Of a stretch of DNA of 64,000 nucleotides, positions 45,947 to 54,951 are shown piece by piece. The translations under genes were made by a program, and so were the position numbers. The notes below the pieces were generated by a model. It was not told where the DNA came from, made no database searches, and worked only from the letters and a program-made list of their open reading frames with translations. The DNA is from Candidatus Woesearchaeota archaeon (GTDB taxonomy: Archaea > Nanobdellota > Nanobdellia > Pacearchaeales > GW2011-AR1): assembly GCA_964493885.1 (NCBI GenBank), contig CAZBPV010000001.1, forward strand, positions 100,703 to 164,702, in the 5' to 3' direction. Positions within the stretch are counted from its first letter, which is position 1, and every line of letters begins with the position of its first letter.

Positions 45947-46059
45947 CGCCCCAACCGGGAGTCGAACCCGGATCGCATCCGTTCTGCGAATCTGAAACCA
46001 TATTTGAAGGGTTTCATTCTCGCGACAGGGATGAGTCATAGCCGCTAGACCATTGAGGC
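45947..46059 (-). tRNA. tRNA-Asp (GUC) with a 41-nt intron at or next to the canonical position in the anticodon loop
   Basis: Hand fold: acceptor GCCTCAA/TTGGGGC with discriminator G, anticodon stem CATCC/GGATG, loop CTGTC(G/A)C, T-arm CCGGG-TTCGACT-CCCGG. The intron contains a TGAAACC/GGTTTCA hairpin. Total is 113 nt, made of 72 plus 41. Confidence 0.75.
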
Positions 46060-46109
46060 ACAATTAAATTAGATGTAAAATAATTTTTAAATCTTTGCTA
46101 TTACCAAAT

Positions 46110-46117
46110 TTTAAATA
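46110..46117 (+). promoter_or_regulatory. TATA box TTTAAATA, 29 nt upstream of the ATG at 46139
   Basis: Read directly. Confidence 0.6.
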
Positions 46118-46138
46118 CTGCAATTATCTTATTCAAAT

Positions 46139-46960
46139 ATGGCTGATGCAAAAAAGGGGTATGTAAAATGGCTTGTTACAGCAATAACATTATCTTTTCT
46201 TCTATTTATTATATTTATTGGAATATACTTTTATCTTTCATTTAATAAGGAATTTAATGCAATAACTTCCACTCTAAATGTTTTAAGAAATGGAGGAGCA
46301 AACCTTGAATTAATAAATAACATAAAAACTAATCTTGCTGATGCAACTTTTTTATTCACCTCTCAGGCAGCTACTTTTATTGCAGCAATAATCTGCCTTA
46401 TAATAGGATTATGGTATAGCCTTCAATTATACCTGGTTGAAAAAAGAAATGCCTTGATTGACCCTTTAACTCAATTATATAATAGAAAGGCAGTTTTCTT
46501 TGAACTAAAAAGGGAATTAAGAAAATCAGAAAGATACGGACACCCAACAAGTGTTGCAATGCTTGATTTAGATTTTTTCAAGAAATACAATGATAATCTC
46601 GGGCATATTGCTGGTGATAGATTATTAAAAAGATTCGCAATGATTCTAAAAGAAAATGTAAGAGAGTATGATATTTATGGAAGATATGGCGGGGAAGAAT
46701 TTATTATTGTCTTTCCAGAAACAGGTGTTAGTGATGCAGGAAAAGTATGCCACAGAATACGTGAATCTCTTGAAAGAACTAAGTTTTATGGACAGGATAA
46801 AATGCCTTTTAAGAAAATAACAGTAAGTGTTGGTGTTGCAGAGGTGAAAGGAAGAAGAAAAATAAAAAAAGAGACACTAATTCATAATGCAGATGTTTGC
46901 CTGTACAAGGCAAAAGAATCAGGCAGAAATCAAGTCCAAGAGTGCCCTTTTGGTGCGTGA
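46139..46960 (+). CDS. Membrane-anchored diguanylate cyclase (GGDEF domain with an RxxD I-site)
   Basis: Two N-terminal TM helices. Motifs seen: DPLTQLYNR, LDLDFFKKYND, REYDIYGRYGGEEF and LYKAKESGRNQV. Confidence 0.85.
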   Translation: MADAKKGYVKWLVTAITLSFLLFIIFIGIYFYLSFNKEFNAITSTLNVLRNGGANLELINNIKTNLADATFLFTSQAATFIAAIICLIIGLWYSLQLYLVEKRNALIDPLTQLYNRKAVFFELKRELRKSERYGHPTSVAMLDLDFFKKYNDNLGHIAGDRLLKRFAMILKENVREYDIYGRYGGEEFIIVFPETGVSDAGKVCHRIRESLERTKFYGQDKMPFKKITVSVGVAEVKGRRKIKKETLIHNADVCLYKAKESGRNQVQECPFGA

Positions 46961-47083
46961 TTGATAACTCCTAATTGGATTTAATCACAATTATTCTATT
47001 AATTCAAAAAACCTTATATTTATGAGAAACTACTTGCAATAATATTTTAATCTATAAAGTTAAAAAGAGGGGATAACTTCTTC

Positions 47084-48349
47084 TCATTTTTTCTTTTCAA
47101 TCTTTTTCATTCCATTCATATAAGGCTGTAAAATTTTAGGAATATTTATACTTCCGTCTTTATTTTGATTGTTTTCAATTAATGATATAAGTAATCTCGG
47201 AGTTGCCAACCCGCTTCCATTTAGAGTATGAACAAACTTTAATCCATCTTTTCCCTGATATCTTGTATTCATTCTTCTTGCCTGGAAATCAGTACAGTTG
47301 CTGCATGATGAAGTCTCAAGATATTTCTTCATTGCAGGGCTCCAGACTTCTAAATCATAAGTCTTGGCAGAAGCAAATGAAGCATCAGCTGTTGCAAGAA
47401 CAATTACTCTGTAAGGAAGTTCTAAAAGTTGCAATAATTTTTCAGCCCTCTTTGTCATTTCCTCATGCAATTGCCATGAATCTTCTTGTCTACAAATATA
47501 AACCATCTCAACTTTTTCAAATTCATGAAGCCTAAATATCCCAGGAGTCTCGCTTCCATGTTTCCCAGCTTCTGTCCTATAACACTGAGTAAAAGCAACA
47601 AACTTTTTAGGAAGCTCTTTTTCAACAAGAGTCTCATCAGCATAAATATTTGTTACAGGAACCTCTGCAGTGGGAATTGGATAAAGCCCTTCTCTTGTCT
47701 TGTATAAGTCACATTCAAATTTAGGAAGATTTCCAGTTCCAAACATTATTTTTTCATTAACTAATTGAGGAGGATTTATCTCAATAAACCCATCTTTAAC
47801 ATGAAAATCAAGCATAAAATTAATCAAAGCTCTCTCTAATCTTGCTAAATCTCCTTTAAATAAATAAAAACCACTTCCAGATATCTTTGCTCCTCTTTCC
47901 ATATCCAGCAATCCAAGATTCTTAAGAAGCTCGTCATGACTCTTTACTGGAAAATCAAACTTAGGAAGTTTTCCGCCTTTTCTAATCTCTTTATTTTTAT
48001 CTTCTCCTCCAACAGGCACACTCTTGTCTTGAAAATTAGGTATTACAGCAAGTAAATTAAATATCTCTAACTCTAATTTTTTTCTCTTTTCTCCTTGCTT
48101 TTCAATCTCAATAGGAATCTTTTTTGCTTCAGCAATCTCTTTTTTAGCTGTTTTGCCTTGTTTTTTTAATTCATTTATTTTCTGAGAAATCTCATTTCTT
48201 TGTTTTCTTAATCCATCTTCTTTGTATTTTATTTTTCTCCACTCTGTATCAAGTTTGATAATCTTTCCAACATCAACTTCATACCCTCTTTCTTTAACAC
48301 TCTTTTTTACAAGCTCAGGATTTTCCCTGATATGCTTTATATCTATCAT
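47084..48349 (-). CDS. serS: Seryl-tRNA synthetase
   Basis: MIDIKHIRENPELVKKSVKERG with a coiled-coil arm and class II motifs (FRLHEFEKVE, GSGLATPR). Confidence 0.9.
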   Translation of the reverse strand: MIDIKHIRENPELVKKSVKERGYEVDVGKIIKLDTEWRKIKYKEDGLRKQRNEISQKINELKKQGKTAKKEIAEAKKIPIEIEKQGEKRKKLELEIFNLLAVIPNFQDKSVPVGGEDKNKEIRKGGKLPKFDFPVKSHDELLKNLGLLDMERGAKISGSGFYLFKGDLARLERALINFMLDFHVKDGFIEINPPQLVNEKIMFGTGNLPKFECDLYKTREGLYPIPTAEVPVTNIYADETLVEKELPKKFVAFTQCYRTEAGKHGSETPGIFRLHEFEKVEMVYICRQEDSWQLHEEMTKRAEKLLQLLELPYRVIVLATADASFASAKTYDLEVWSPAMKKYLETSSCSNCTDFQARRMNTRYQGKDGLKFVHTLNGSGLATPRLLISLIENNQNKDGSINIPKILQPYMNGMKKIEKKK

Positions 48350-48370
48350 CTATCAAAGAGTAAAATATTG

Positions 48371-48378
48371 TATTTAAA
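48371..48378 (-). promoter_or_regulatory. TATA box TTTAAATA (minus strand), 29 nt upstream of the serS ATG
   Basis: Read directly. Confidence 0.6.
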
Positions 48379-48435
48379 TCTTGTGTGGAAAAATATTGGT
48401 TTTGCTAATCTTTTTTAAAAAGATTAATTGAAAGA

Positions 48436-48443
48436 TTTAAAAA
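48436..48443 (+). promoter_or_regulatory. TATA box TTTAAAAA, 29 nt upstream of the ATG at 48465
   Basis: Read directly. Confidence 0.55.
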
Positions 48444-48464
48444 TAGTATCAACTTCAAGTAGTT

Positions 48465-49100
48465 ATGGCAGTATTTCAAGGAATAGGTGAAGTTTTATTA
48501 GCAGCATACGAGTCTCTTATCTCTGCAGTTCCTATAACTGTTCAGTTATTTATAAAATTCTTTGTACTTGCTTTATTAATTGTTCTTTATGCTCTCTTTG
48601 TCTGGAAATTTTATCAATCAATTGGGAAAAAGAATCTTATTGAGCTTAATCTCAGCAAATATAATAAATCAAAACATCCTTTTTTTGAGAAACTTCTTGC
48701 TGGAGCACTTTTTCTCTTAGAGTATATAATTATTATCCCTATTGCAATCTTTTTGTGGTTTGCGTCCTTCACAATCTTTTTAATCCTTCTTACTGAAAAT
48801 GTTTCTATAAATTTAGTCCTTATACTTTCTGCAACAACAATAGCAGCAATAAGAATGATTTCTTATCATAATGAAGATTTAGCAAAAGATGTTGCTAAAC
48901 TAATTCCATTTACACTTCTTGCAACTTCATTGCTAGCTCCTGGATTTTTTTCAGTTGAAAGAATTTTAGGACAGATAAAGAATATTCCCTCAGGATTTGG
49001 GAGCATACTCATTTATTTAATGTTTATTATATTCCTTGAAGTAGTATTAAGGGCTCTTGATTTTATAATTTCAATATTTGAATTTGGCGAAGAAGAATAA
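48465..49100 (+). CDS. Hypothetical polytopic membrane protein
   Basis: Multiple hydrophobic helices. Confidence 0.55.
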   Translation: MAVFQGIGEVLLAAYESLISAVPITVQLFIKFFVLALLIVLYALFVWKFYQSIGKKNLIELNLSKYNKSKHPFFEKLLAGALFLLEYIIIIPIAIFLWFASFTIFLILLTENVSINLVLILSATTIAAIRMISYHNEDLAKDVAKLIPFTLLATSLLAPGFFSVERILGQIKNIPSGFGSILIYLMFIIFLEVVLRALDFIISIFEFGEEE

Positions 49101-49113
49101 AAGATTAAATTCT

Positions 49114-49311
49114 TCATCCCAATCTTCTTTGGAGATTTTTTTCAATCCAGCTCATAGCTCTATCTGCCTCTCTATGGGTTGCTTCAATCTCTTCATCAGT
49201 TAAATAAGATGTATCATCTGTTAAAGGATCTTCTAAAAATCCAACATCTGTTACAGGAGGTCTTATATTTAAGACATACCAATCATAAATTCTTTGAAAT
49301 AGTTTATTCAT
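49114..49311 (-). CDS. Small hypothetical protein
   Basis: 65-aa ORF with a TATA-like box about 30 nt upstream. Confidence 0.4.
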   Translation of the reverse strand: MNKLFQRIYDWYVLNIRPPVTDVGFLEDPLTDDTSYLTDEEIEATHREADRAMSWIEKNLQRRLG

Positions 49312-49363
49312 TTTAATTAATTCAATTTACTACTTTTTAAATATAATTATGAAGCAGAATAAA

Positions 49364-51070
49364 TTAATCTTTTTCTACTTCAGGATGATCCTGCTTTTTT
49401 AAGAATCTTTCTTTAAGTATTTTTAATTCCTTTATCTTTTCTTTTTCATATACTGATTTGTCGTCTTTAGCACCCCTAATTAACTTTGCAGTATACTCTC
49501 CTCCAAGGAAATGCGGAAGAATAACATAATCTGCTCCTGAATTATACAGCTCAACAGCATCGGAGATTTGCCTTGCAGTTAAAATCTTTATTGCAGAAGA
49601 TTTGTTTCTTTTCAATACATCAAGTATTAAGTGATTTGTTTCTATATCAGGCACAGTAGAAACAATTAATGATGCCTTTGAAATTCCAATATCTTCTAAA
49701 AATTCTGAATCATCAACATCTCCATATACTGCCCTTATCCTCATTTTTCTCAAATCTCTTACTATCTCAGGATTATAATCCACTACTAAGAAATTATTTG
49801 TTATTCTTGAAAATGCTTTAATTATTGAAAATCCAATACGATTATGCCCAAGTAAAATATATTTGTAATTCTTTTTTGCAATCTTCTTCTCTTGGATATC
49901 TTTTCTCTCAAATATAGACAAAGACTTAGAAATCTTATTATAAATTGAGTCTGAATAAATTATCATATATGTAGAACCTGCAATTGTAATCAAACCAATT
50001 AAAGTAACAAAAGATAGTATTTCATTAGAAAGATGTCCCACTCTTACTCCTAATGCAATTAATATTAATGAAAACTCAGATATTTGAGCAACAGTAAGCC
50101 CTGCCATAAATCCTGTTTTTTTACTGTATCCTAATAATCCCATCAATACCATTACAATTAATGGATTTCCTATAAGGATAAACAATGAAAATATTATCGC
50201 AGGAACAATCAAATTAGAAATATCTCCAAATACCATCTGGCTTCCAAGAATTATGAAAAAGAAGATTATGAAAAAGTCCCTTAATGGTTTTAATTTTGAA
50301 CTAATCTCATAACTATATGGAGACATTGAGAGCATAATTCCTGCAATTAATGCTCCTACTTCAATTGAAAACCCAGCATAAAGGAATAACATTGCTAATG
50401 CAAATCCCCATGATAATGAAAATAAAAATAAAAATTCTTGAGATTTAGCAAAAAAATCCTCCATCTTAGGCAAAAAATAATATGCAATTGGGATAAGCAG
50501 AGCAACAATAGCAAGCCCTTTTAATATTGTTGAGAAAAATAAATTACTTACATTTGTTCCATTTGATAAAGAAGAAACTACAATCAAGATTAATATAGCT
50601 GCTAAATCCTGCACTAGCAAAAACCCAATAGAAATCTTTCCGTAAAGTTTTTCCAATGCATCTTTGTCTGACAAGAGTTTCATTATTATAATTGTAGAAG
50701 AAAAAGTAAGAGCAATTGCGATGTATATAGAAGTTATAACAGAAAAACCAAGCATAACTCCTATAAAATACCCAATTATCGAAGTAAATATTATCTGCCC
50801 TAACCCAGTAACTAATGACACCTTACCAACTTCTTTTATAACTTTGGGAGATAGATGCAAACCAACAATAAACAACAAAAAAGCTATCCCCATCTCTGAG
50901 AAAACAGATATTGTTTCACTTCCATTTATAAGATTAAAAAAAAGCGGACCAACAAGAATACCAGAAATTATATATCCTATAATCAATGGTTGTTTTAAAA
51001 GCCGGATTACAAGCGAGACTCCAAAGACAACTAACAAGATGAGTCCAAATTGTATAAATTGATTAATCAT
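49364..51070 (-). CDS. CPA2-family cation/proton antiporter (Kef-like) with a C-terminal RCK/TrkA-N domain
   Basis: About 12 TM helices with Na_H-exchanger-like composition, followed by a Rossmann-like segment YILLGHNRIGFSIIKAF...VVDYNPE. Confidence 0.75.
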   Translation of the reverse strand: MINQFIQFGLILLVVFGVSLVIRLLKQPLIIGYIISGILVGPLFFNLINGSETISVFSEMGIAFLLFIVGLHLSPKVIKEVGKVSLVTGLGQIIFTSIIGYFIGVMLGFSVITSIYIAIALTFSSTIIIMKLLSDKDALEKLYGKISIGFLLVQDLAAILILIVVSSLSNGTNVSNLFFSTILKGLAIVALLIPIAYYFLPKMEDFFAKSQEFLFLFSLSWGFALAMLFLYAGFSIEVGALIAGIMLSMSPYSYEISSKLKPLRDFFIIFFFIILGSQMVFGDISNLIVPAIIFSLFILIGNPLIVMVLMGLLGYSKKTGFMAGLTVAQISEFSLILIALGVRVGHLSNEILSFVTLIGLITIAGSTYMIIYSDSIYNKISKSLSIFERKDIQEKKIAKKNYKYILLGHNRIGFSIIKAFSRITNNFLVVDYNPEIVRDLRKMRIRAVYGDVDDSEFLEDIGISKASLIVSTVPDIETNHLILDVLKRNKSSAIKILTARQISDAVELYNSGADYVILPHFLGGEYTAKLIRGAKDDKSVYEKEKIKELKILKERFLKKQDHPEVEKD

Positions 51071-51207
51071 TTTCCTCTTTATTCTTTATATTCATTAGTA
51101 AAAAGCATATAAAAAGGTTTTTAAACTATTCTTGAAATTTAATCTAAGGTAAATCAATGGTTATGTATACTAATGAAGAGTTAGTATAAGAAAACCAGGA
51201 TTATAAG

Positions 51208-51516
51208 ATGCCAAAAGTAAGAATAAAACTAAACAGCACAAACATTGACATGCTTAATGAAATTTGTAATTCTATTAAGGAAATAGCAATAAGTTCAGGC
51301 ATCGCAATCTCAGGCCCTATTCCTCTTCCTACAAGAAAACTAAAAGTCACTACAAGAAAATCACCTTGTGGGAATGGAACAGCTACTTTTGATAGATTTG
51401 AGATGAGAATTCATAAAAGACTTATAGACTTGCCAGCAAATGAAAAGGTTCTTCATCATATAATGAGAATGAGAATCCCTAAAAATGTTAATATCAAGAT
51501 TGAGATGAAAGATTAA
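51208..51516 (+). CDS. rps10: 30S ribosomal protein uS10
   Basis: KVRIKL.S...D.L..IC..IKEIA...G..ISGPIPLPTRKLKVTTRKSPCG.GT.TFDRFEMRIHKRLIDL. Confidence 0.9.
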   Translation: MPKVRIKLNSTNIDMLNEICNSIKEIAISSGIAISGPIPLPTRKLKVTTRKSPCGNGTATFDRFEMRIHKRLIDLPANEKVLHHIMRMRIPKNVNIKIEMKD

Positions 51517-51541
51517 AAGTATATTTCTAATTACATAATTG

Positions 51542-51549
51542 TTTATAAA
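51542..51549 (+). promoter_or_regulatory. TATA box TTTATAAA, 29 nt upstream of the ATG at 51571
   Basis: Read directly. It supports the 51571 start over the track start at 51556. Confidence 0.6.
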
Positions 51550-51570
51550 TCATGATTGTATTTTTTGATT

Positions 51571-52614
51571 ATGGCAGAAGAGGGAAGAACCGAAAGAGAG
51601 TGGTTTGAGGAATGTACAAGATTAAATGATAATCCTATTATAAATAGAGAGTATGAAAGACTTCAGCAAGAAGGAAAAGTAGGAGTCCAATATTCTGGGG
51701 GGAGAGGAGATATCCCAATAATTTTTGCAAATGGAACTAATCTTGCAGAAGCTTGGGAAAATTCTATGATTTGTCTATGGAAAAATGGAACATTTGTTAG
51801 GACTCAATATGATGCTAAAGATAAGAAAACTGGATTATATACTGAAGCACCTGCAAAAGATGCTACAATGATTACTACAATAGTAGAACCTTTATCAGAT
51901 CCTAGAATTCATCGAGGATTCCCTGGAGGACTGGAAGATTTAGAAGAATATAGGCAAGAAGTTTGTGATGGAATCAAAGACCATTGGGTTAGAGATCAAA
52001 AAAACCCAGATGATGAAAGATGGGAATATACTTATCATGGAAGACTTTTCAAATATGATGTTCCAGGATTAGATGGGGTAATTAATCAGTTTGAAGAAAT
52101 GGCTAAAGCATTAGCAAAAAGTCCAATAACAAGAAGAGCAGAAATGATAACTTGGAAACCTTGGGAAGATTTAAACATTCACGATCCTGCATGCTTGCAA
52201 TCTTTTTGGGGTAGAGCACTTAGAGATAATCCAGAATGTCCTATAACCCTTTACTCAGATGAAGAAAACGGAGAATTAAACTTAAATATGAACATGAGGT
52301 TTAGAAGCAGAGATGCTTATGACGCTGCGTTCATGAATGACTTTGCATTTGTTCACTTAATCCAAAAAATGGCTCAGAGAATATCTGAACTAAGGAACGA
52401 ACCAGTTAGAGTAGGAAGATTCATGGACATGTCAGATTCATATCACATTTATGGAAGAAGATTAAATCATTTTTTGGGGAACTTTGTTGCACAAGTTAGT
52501 TCAAGAAGTTTTGAAGACAGAACATGGAATTTGGAATTTGCACAGCCTATTTTTGACGAAGCAAAGCCCATAATCAAAGCTAAAATAGAGAATGTAGATA
52601 ATCAAAGGAAATAA
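51571..52614 (+). CDS. thyA: Divergent, enlarged ThyA-family thymidylate synthase-like enzyme
   Basis: YTYHGRLF, INQFEEMAKALAKSPITRRAEMITW, DPACLQSFW (catalytic Cys region), RFRSRDAYDAAFMNDFAF and DSYHIYG are colinear with ThyA motifs. Confidence 0.65.
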   Translation: MAEEGRTEREWFEECTRLNDNPIINREYERLQQEGKVGVQYSGGRGDIPIIFANGTNLAEAWENSMICLWKNGTFVRTQYDAKDKKTGLYTEAPAKDATMITTIVEPLSDPRIHRGFPGGLEDLEEYRQEVCDGIKDHWVRDQKNPDDERWEYTYHGRLFKYDVPGLDGVINQFEEMAKALAKSPITRRAEMITWKPWEDLNIHDPACLQSFWGRALRDNPECPITLYSDEENGELNLNMNMRFRSRDAYDAAFMNDFAFVHLIQKMAQRISELRNEPVRVGRFMDMSDSYHIYGRRLNHFLGNFVAQVSSRSFEDRTWNLEFAQPIFDEAKPIIKAKIENVDNQRK

Positions 52615-52619
52615 TTCTT

Positions 52620-53300
52620 ATGCCACGTGGAAAAACATTTGTTCTTGAAGGCACAGACAAATCAGGCAAAAATACCCAGAGCGATTATCTTCTAGCCTCA
52701 ATAAGAGCGCTTGGTTTAAATTGTCAAAAAATGAGCTTTCCTCGTTATCATACTCCAACAGGAAGAATTGTCGGACAATGTTATCTTGGAAAAATTCTAG
52801 GCCCAGGAGATAGAGCCTGGTTTGGAGATGCAAATTTAGTTCCTCCAGAAGTTGCAAGCATATATTATGCAGCAGATAGATTAGCAGCTGTTCCAGAAAT
52901 TGAAGAAATTTTATCCTCTAGAAGTCATCTTATCTTAGATAGGTGGGTTGAATCTAATATGGGGCATCAAGGAGGAAAAGCAAAAACTCCAGAGCAAAGA
53001 GCAGGTATAATTGAATTTATAAGCCACCTTGAGTATGGAGTATTGGATCTACCAAAACCAGATGCAGTTATATTTCTTTATATGCCATATGAAGTTGCAA
53101 GAACTCTTCCAAGGGCAGAAGCTGCTGATGGCCATGAATCTAATGAAGAGCATCTAAGAAATGCAGAAGAAACTTATCTTTATCTTGCAAAAAGATTTAA
53201 TTGGAAACAAATTAACTGTGCTCCTAATGGAAAAATTAGAAGCATAGATGATATTCATCAAGAAGTTTTTGAGATTGTCAAACCTTATTTATCTCTCTGA
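52620..53300 (+). CDS. tmk: Thymidylate kinase
   Basis: FVLEGTDKSGKNTQ (P-loop) and LILDRW (DRY/DRW-like). Confidence 0.8.
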   Translation: MPRGKTFVLEGTDKSGKNTQSDYLLASIRALGLNCQKMSFPRYHTPTGRIVGQCYLGKILGPGDRAWFGDANLVPPEVASIYYAADRLAAVPEIEEILSSRSHLILDRWVESNMGHQGGKAKTPEQRAGIIEFISHLEYGVLDLPKPDAVIFLYMPYEVARTLPRAEAADGHESNEEHLRNAEETYLYLAKRFNWKQINCAPNGKIRSIDDIHQEVFEIVKPYLSL

Positions 53301-53317
53301 TTTCTCATCATAAAAGA

Positions 53318-53515
53318 TTAATGATTTGATTCTTCAAAATCCATTTTATAAGTACAAATATCATTCATATAAATCGGAACATGTGTTTTATAATGACACT
53401 CTCCTTTAAATGTGCAATTTCTTATCCCTAATTTCTCTTGTTCTTCATTAAAATCTTCTGGATTTCCACATGAAGGAAGAATTAATATCTGGGCTGCATC
53501 TTTTTCTAATCCCAT
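53318..53515 (-). CDS. Small hypothetical Cys-containing protein, start trimmed to avoid tRNA-Ser
   Basis: The internal Met MGLEKD... has a TATA-like TATATAAG about 28 nt upstream. The track start at 53581 overlaps the tRNA. Confidence 0.35.
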   Translation of the reverse strand: MGLEKDAAQILILPSCGNPEDFNEEQEKLGIRNCTFKGECHYKTHVPIYMNDICTYKMDFEESNH

Positions 53516-53552
53516 GATAAACTTAATAAGCCACTTCTTATATACTTTTTCA

Positions 53553-53632
53553 TGCCTGCATCGCATAATGGTATTGCACATGCTTGGAAAGCATGACCCT
53601 TTGGGCCCCCAGGTTCGATTCCTGGTGCAGGC
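53553..53632 (+). tRNA. tRNA-Ser (GGA) with a long variable arm
   Basis: Hand fold: acceptor GCCTGCA/TGCAGGC with discriminator G, anticodon stem CATGC/GCATG, loop TTGGAAA, 13-nt variable arm ACCCTTTGGGCCC, and T-arm CCAGG-TTCGATT-CCTGG. Confidence 0.8.
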
Positions 53633-53694
53633 GTCACAAAATAAAAATTCAATTATATCATCAAATTTTTAAATAACAATTTCCTTATTTTATT

Positions 53695-54921
53695 ATGAAA
53701 AAGAGGAAACCAAATCTGCTTATACTTGGAGCATCTGGAGGAGTTGCAAATGCACTGCTTCATTATCTTGTGCATCACAGGGATTTCTTTGATAAATTAA
53801 TTCTCCTTGACAAGAGAAAAAAAGTCTTGTCTGACCATTACATAGACCACAAGTCATTAAATTACAAGTTCATTCACAAGGAATTAATTCTTCCTGAAAA
53901 AGAAAAAGAATACATTGATATATTAAAAAAAGAAAAAGTAGATATTGTTTTGGATATTACTGACTATAAGTCAGTGCCAATAATAGAAGCAACAGACAAA
54001 GCAGGAATAAGCTGCATAAATACAGGCATGAATCAAGATGGCAAGACAGTCACTGAATTAATGCTTAATACTTACAAAAACAGAAACAAATACAAAAATG
54101 CAGCTCATCTTCTTTGCACTGGCATGAATCCTGGAGTTGTAAATATGTGGACAGTTTATGGAATGAAAAAATTTGGAAAACCAAAAGAAATAATAGAATT
54201 TGAATATGACAGCTCTCAAATAGCAAGAAAATGGCATATCATGATGACCTGGTCTCCTCATGAGTTTCTTGAAGAAGTTGTAAATGACCCTGCTGGATTA
54301 ATGAAGGGAAAAGATAAAGCATTTGAATTTAATCACAATGCTCTTGTGGGAAAAACAGACATGACTCCAATCTTAAAGCCAATAATGAAACTCCACAAAT
54401 ATCCCAAAGGTTTTCTCGTTGTTCATGAAGAAATGATTTCAATGTCAGAGAAATATGACATTCCCTCAAGATATATTTATGCAATTAATATGAAGACAAC
54501 TGAAGCTTTAATGAAACTCTATAATAAAAAAAAGAAAATTACTATTCATGATTTGCCTCTTGCAGACAACACGCATGATACACTCGACGGCTGCGATAAT
54601 ATTGGGGTGCTTTTAAAATATCCAGACAAGGATGTTTATTATTTTAATAAAATGCCTAATGTTTCAAGCATAGGAACAAATGCAACCTATATTCAGGTAA
54701 TAACTGGAATCTGCGCAGGATTATTCACACTAATGTTTGATAATCTAAAAAAAGGATTGTATTTTGTAGAGGATTTGTATGACACTCATTATAAGGATTT
54801 TTTATTTGACAATATGAGAGTAGAAGAATTTGTATTTAAAGGAAAAAGAAATAACAAAAAACTAACTCACTTTAATCCATGGGTTAGAATAAAGCACAAG
54901 CATCAATTTATTTACCTATAG
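53695..54921 (+). CDS. Saccharopine dehydrogenase / homospermidine synthase-like NAD(P)-binding enzyme
   Basis: LLILGASGGVANALLHYL (Rossmann) and LCTGMNPGVVNMW. Confidence 0.5.
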   Translation: MKKRKPNLLILGASGGVANALLHYLVHHRDFFDKLILLDKRKKVLSDHYIDHKSLNYKFIHKELILPEKEKEYIDILKKEKVDIVLDITDYKSVPIIEATDKAGISCINTGMNQDGKTVTELMLNTYKNRNKYKNAAHLLCTGMNPGVVNMWTVYGMKKFGKPKEIIEFEYDSSQIARKWHIMMTWSPHEFLEEVVNDPAGLMKGKDKAFEFNHNALVGKTDMTPILKPIMKLHKYPKGFLVVHEEMISMSEKYDIPSRYIYAINMKTTEALMKLYNKKKKITIHDLPLADNTHDTLDGCDNIGVLLKYPDKDVYYFNKMPNVSSIGTNATYIQVITGICAGLFTLMFDNLKKGLYFVEDLYDTHYKDFLFDNMRVEEFVFKGKRNNKKLTHFNPWVRIKHKHQFIYL

Positions 54922-54951
54922 TTTTTTAAACCAAAATTTCTTTTCCAAAAT

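Larger units (their letters stand above)
29782..45961. mobile_element. Candidate integrated element (about 16 kb) at the tRNA-Asp 3' end, carrying an integrase, R-M/defence genes and a VirB4-type transfer module
   Basis: An intact tyrosine recombinase lies 83 nt from the tRNA 3' end. Gene content is entirely MGE/defence type. Short imperfect copies of the tRNA 3' end sit at 29782..29790 and 29832..29845. The left boundary is approximate. Confidence 0.55.

Noticed and set aside
16218-51570. Extended alternative-codon starts given by the track for five genes: 16218, 19006, 21438, 42002 and 51556. Also the upstream ATG at 28330.
   Set aside because: Internal ATG starts at 16281, 19048, 21555, 42020, 51571 and 28315 remove overlaps with neighbouring genes. 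Several of them gain a TATA box at the characteristic 29-nt distance.
53412-53672. 86-aa plus-strand ORF, and the first 22 codons of the minus-strand ORF 53318..53581
   Set aside because: Both overlap a well-folding tRNA-Ser(GGA) at 53553..53632.
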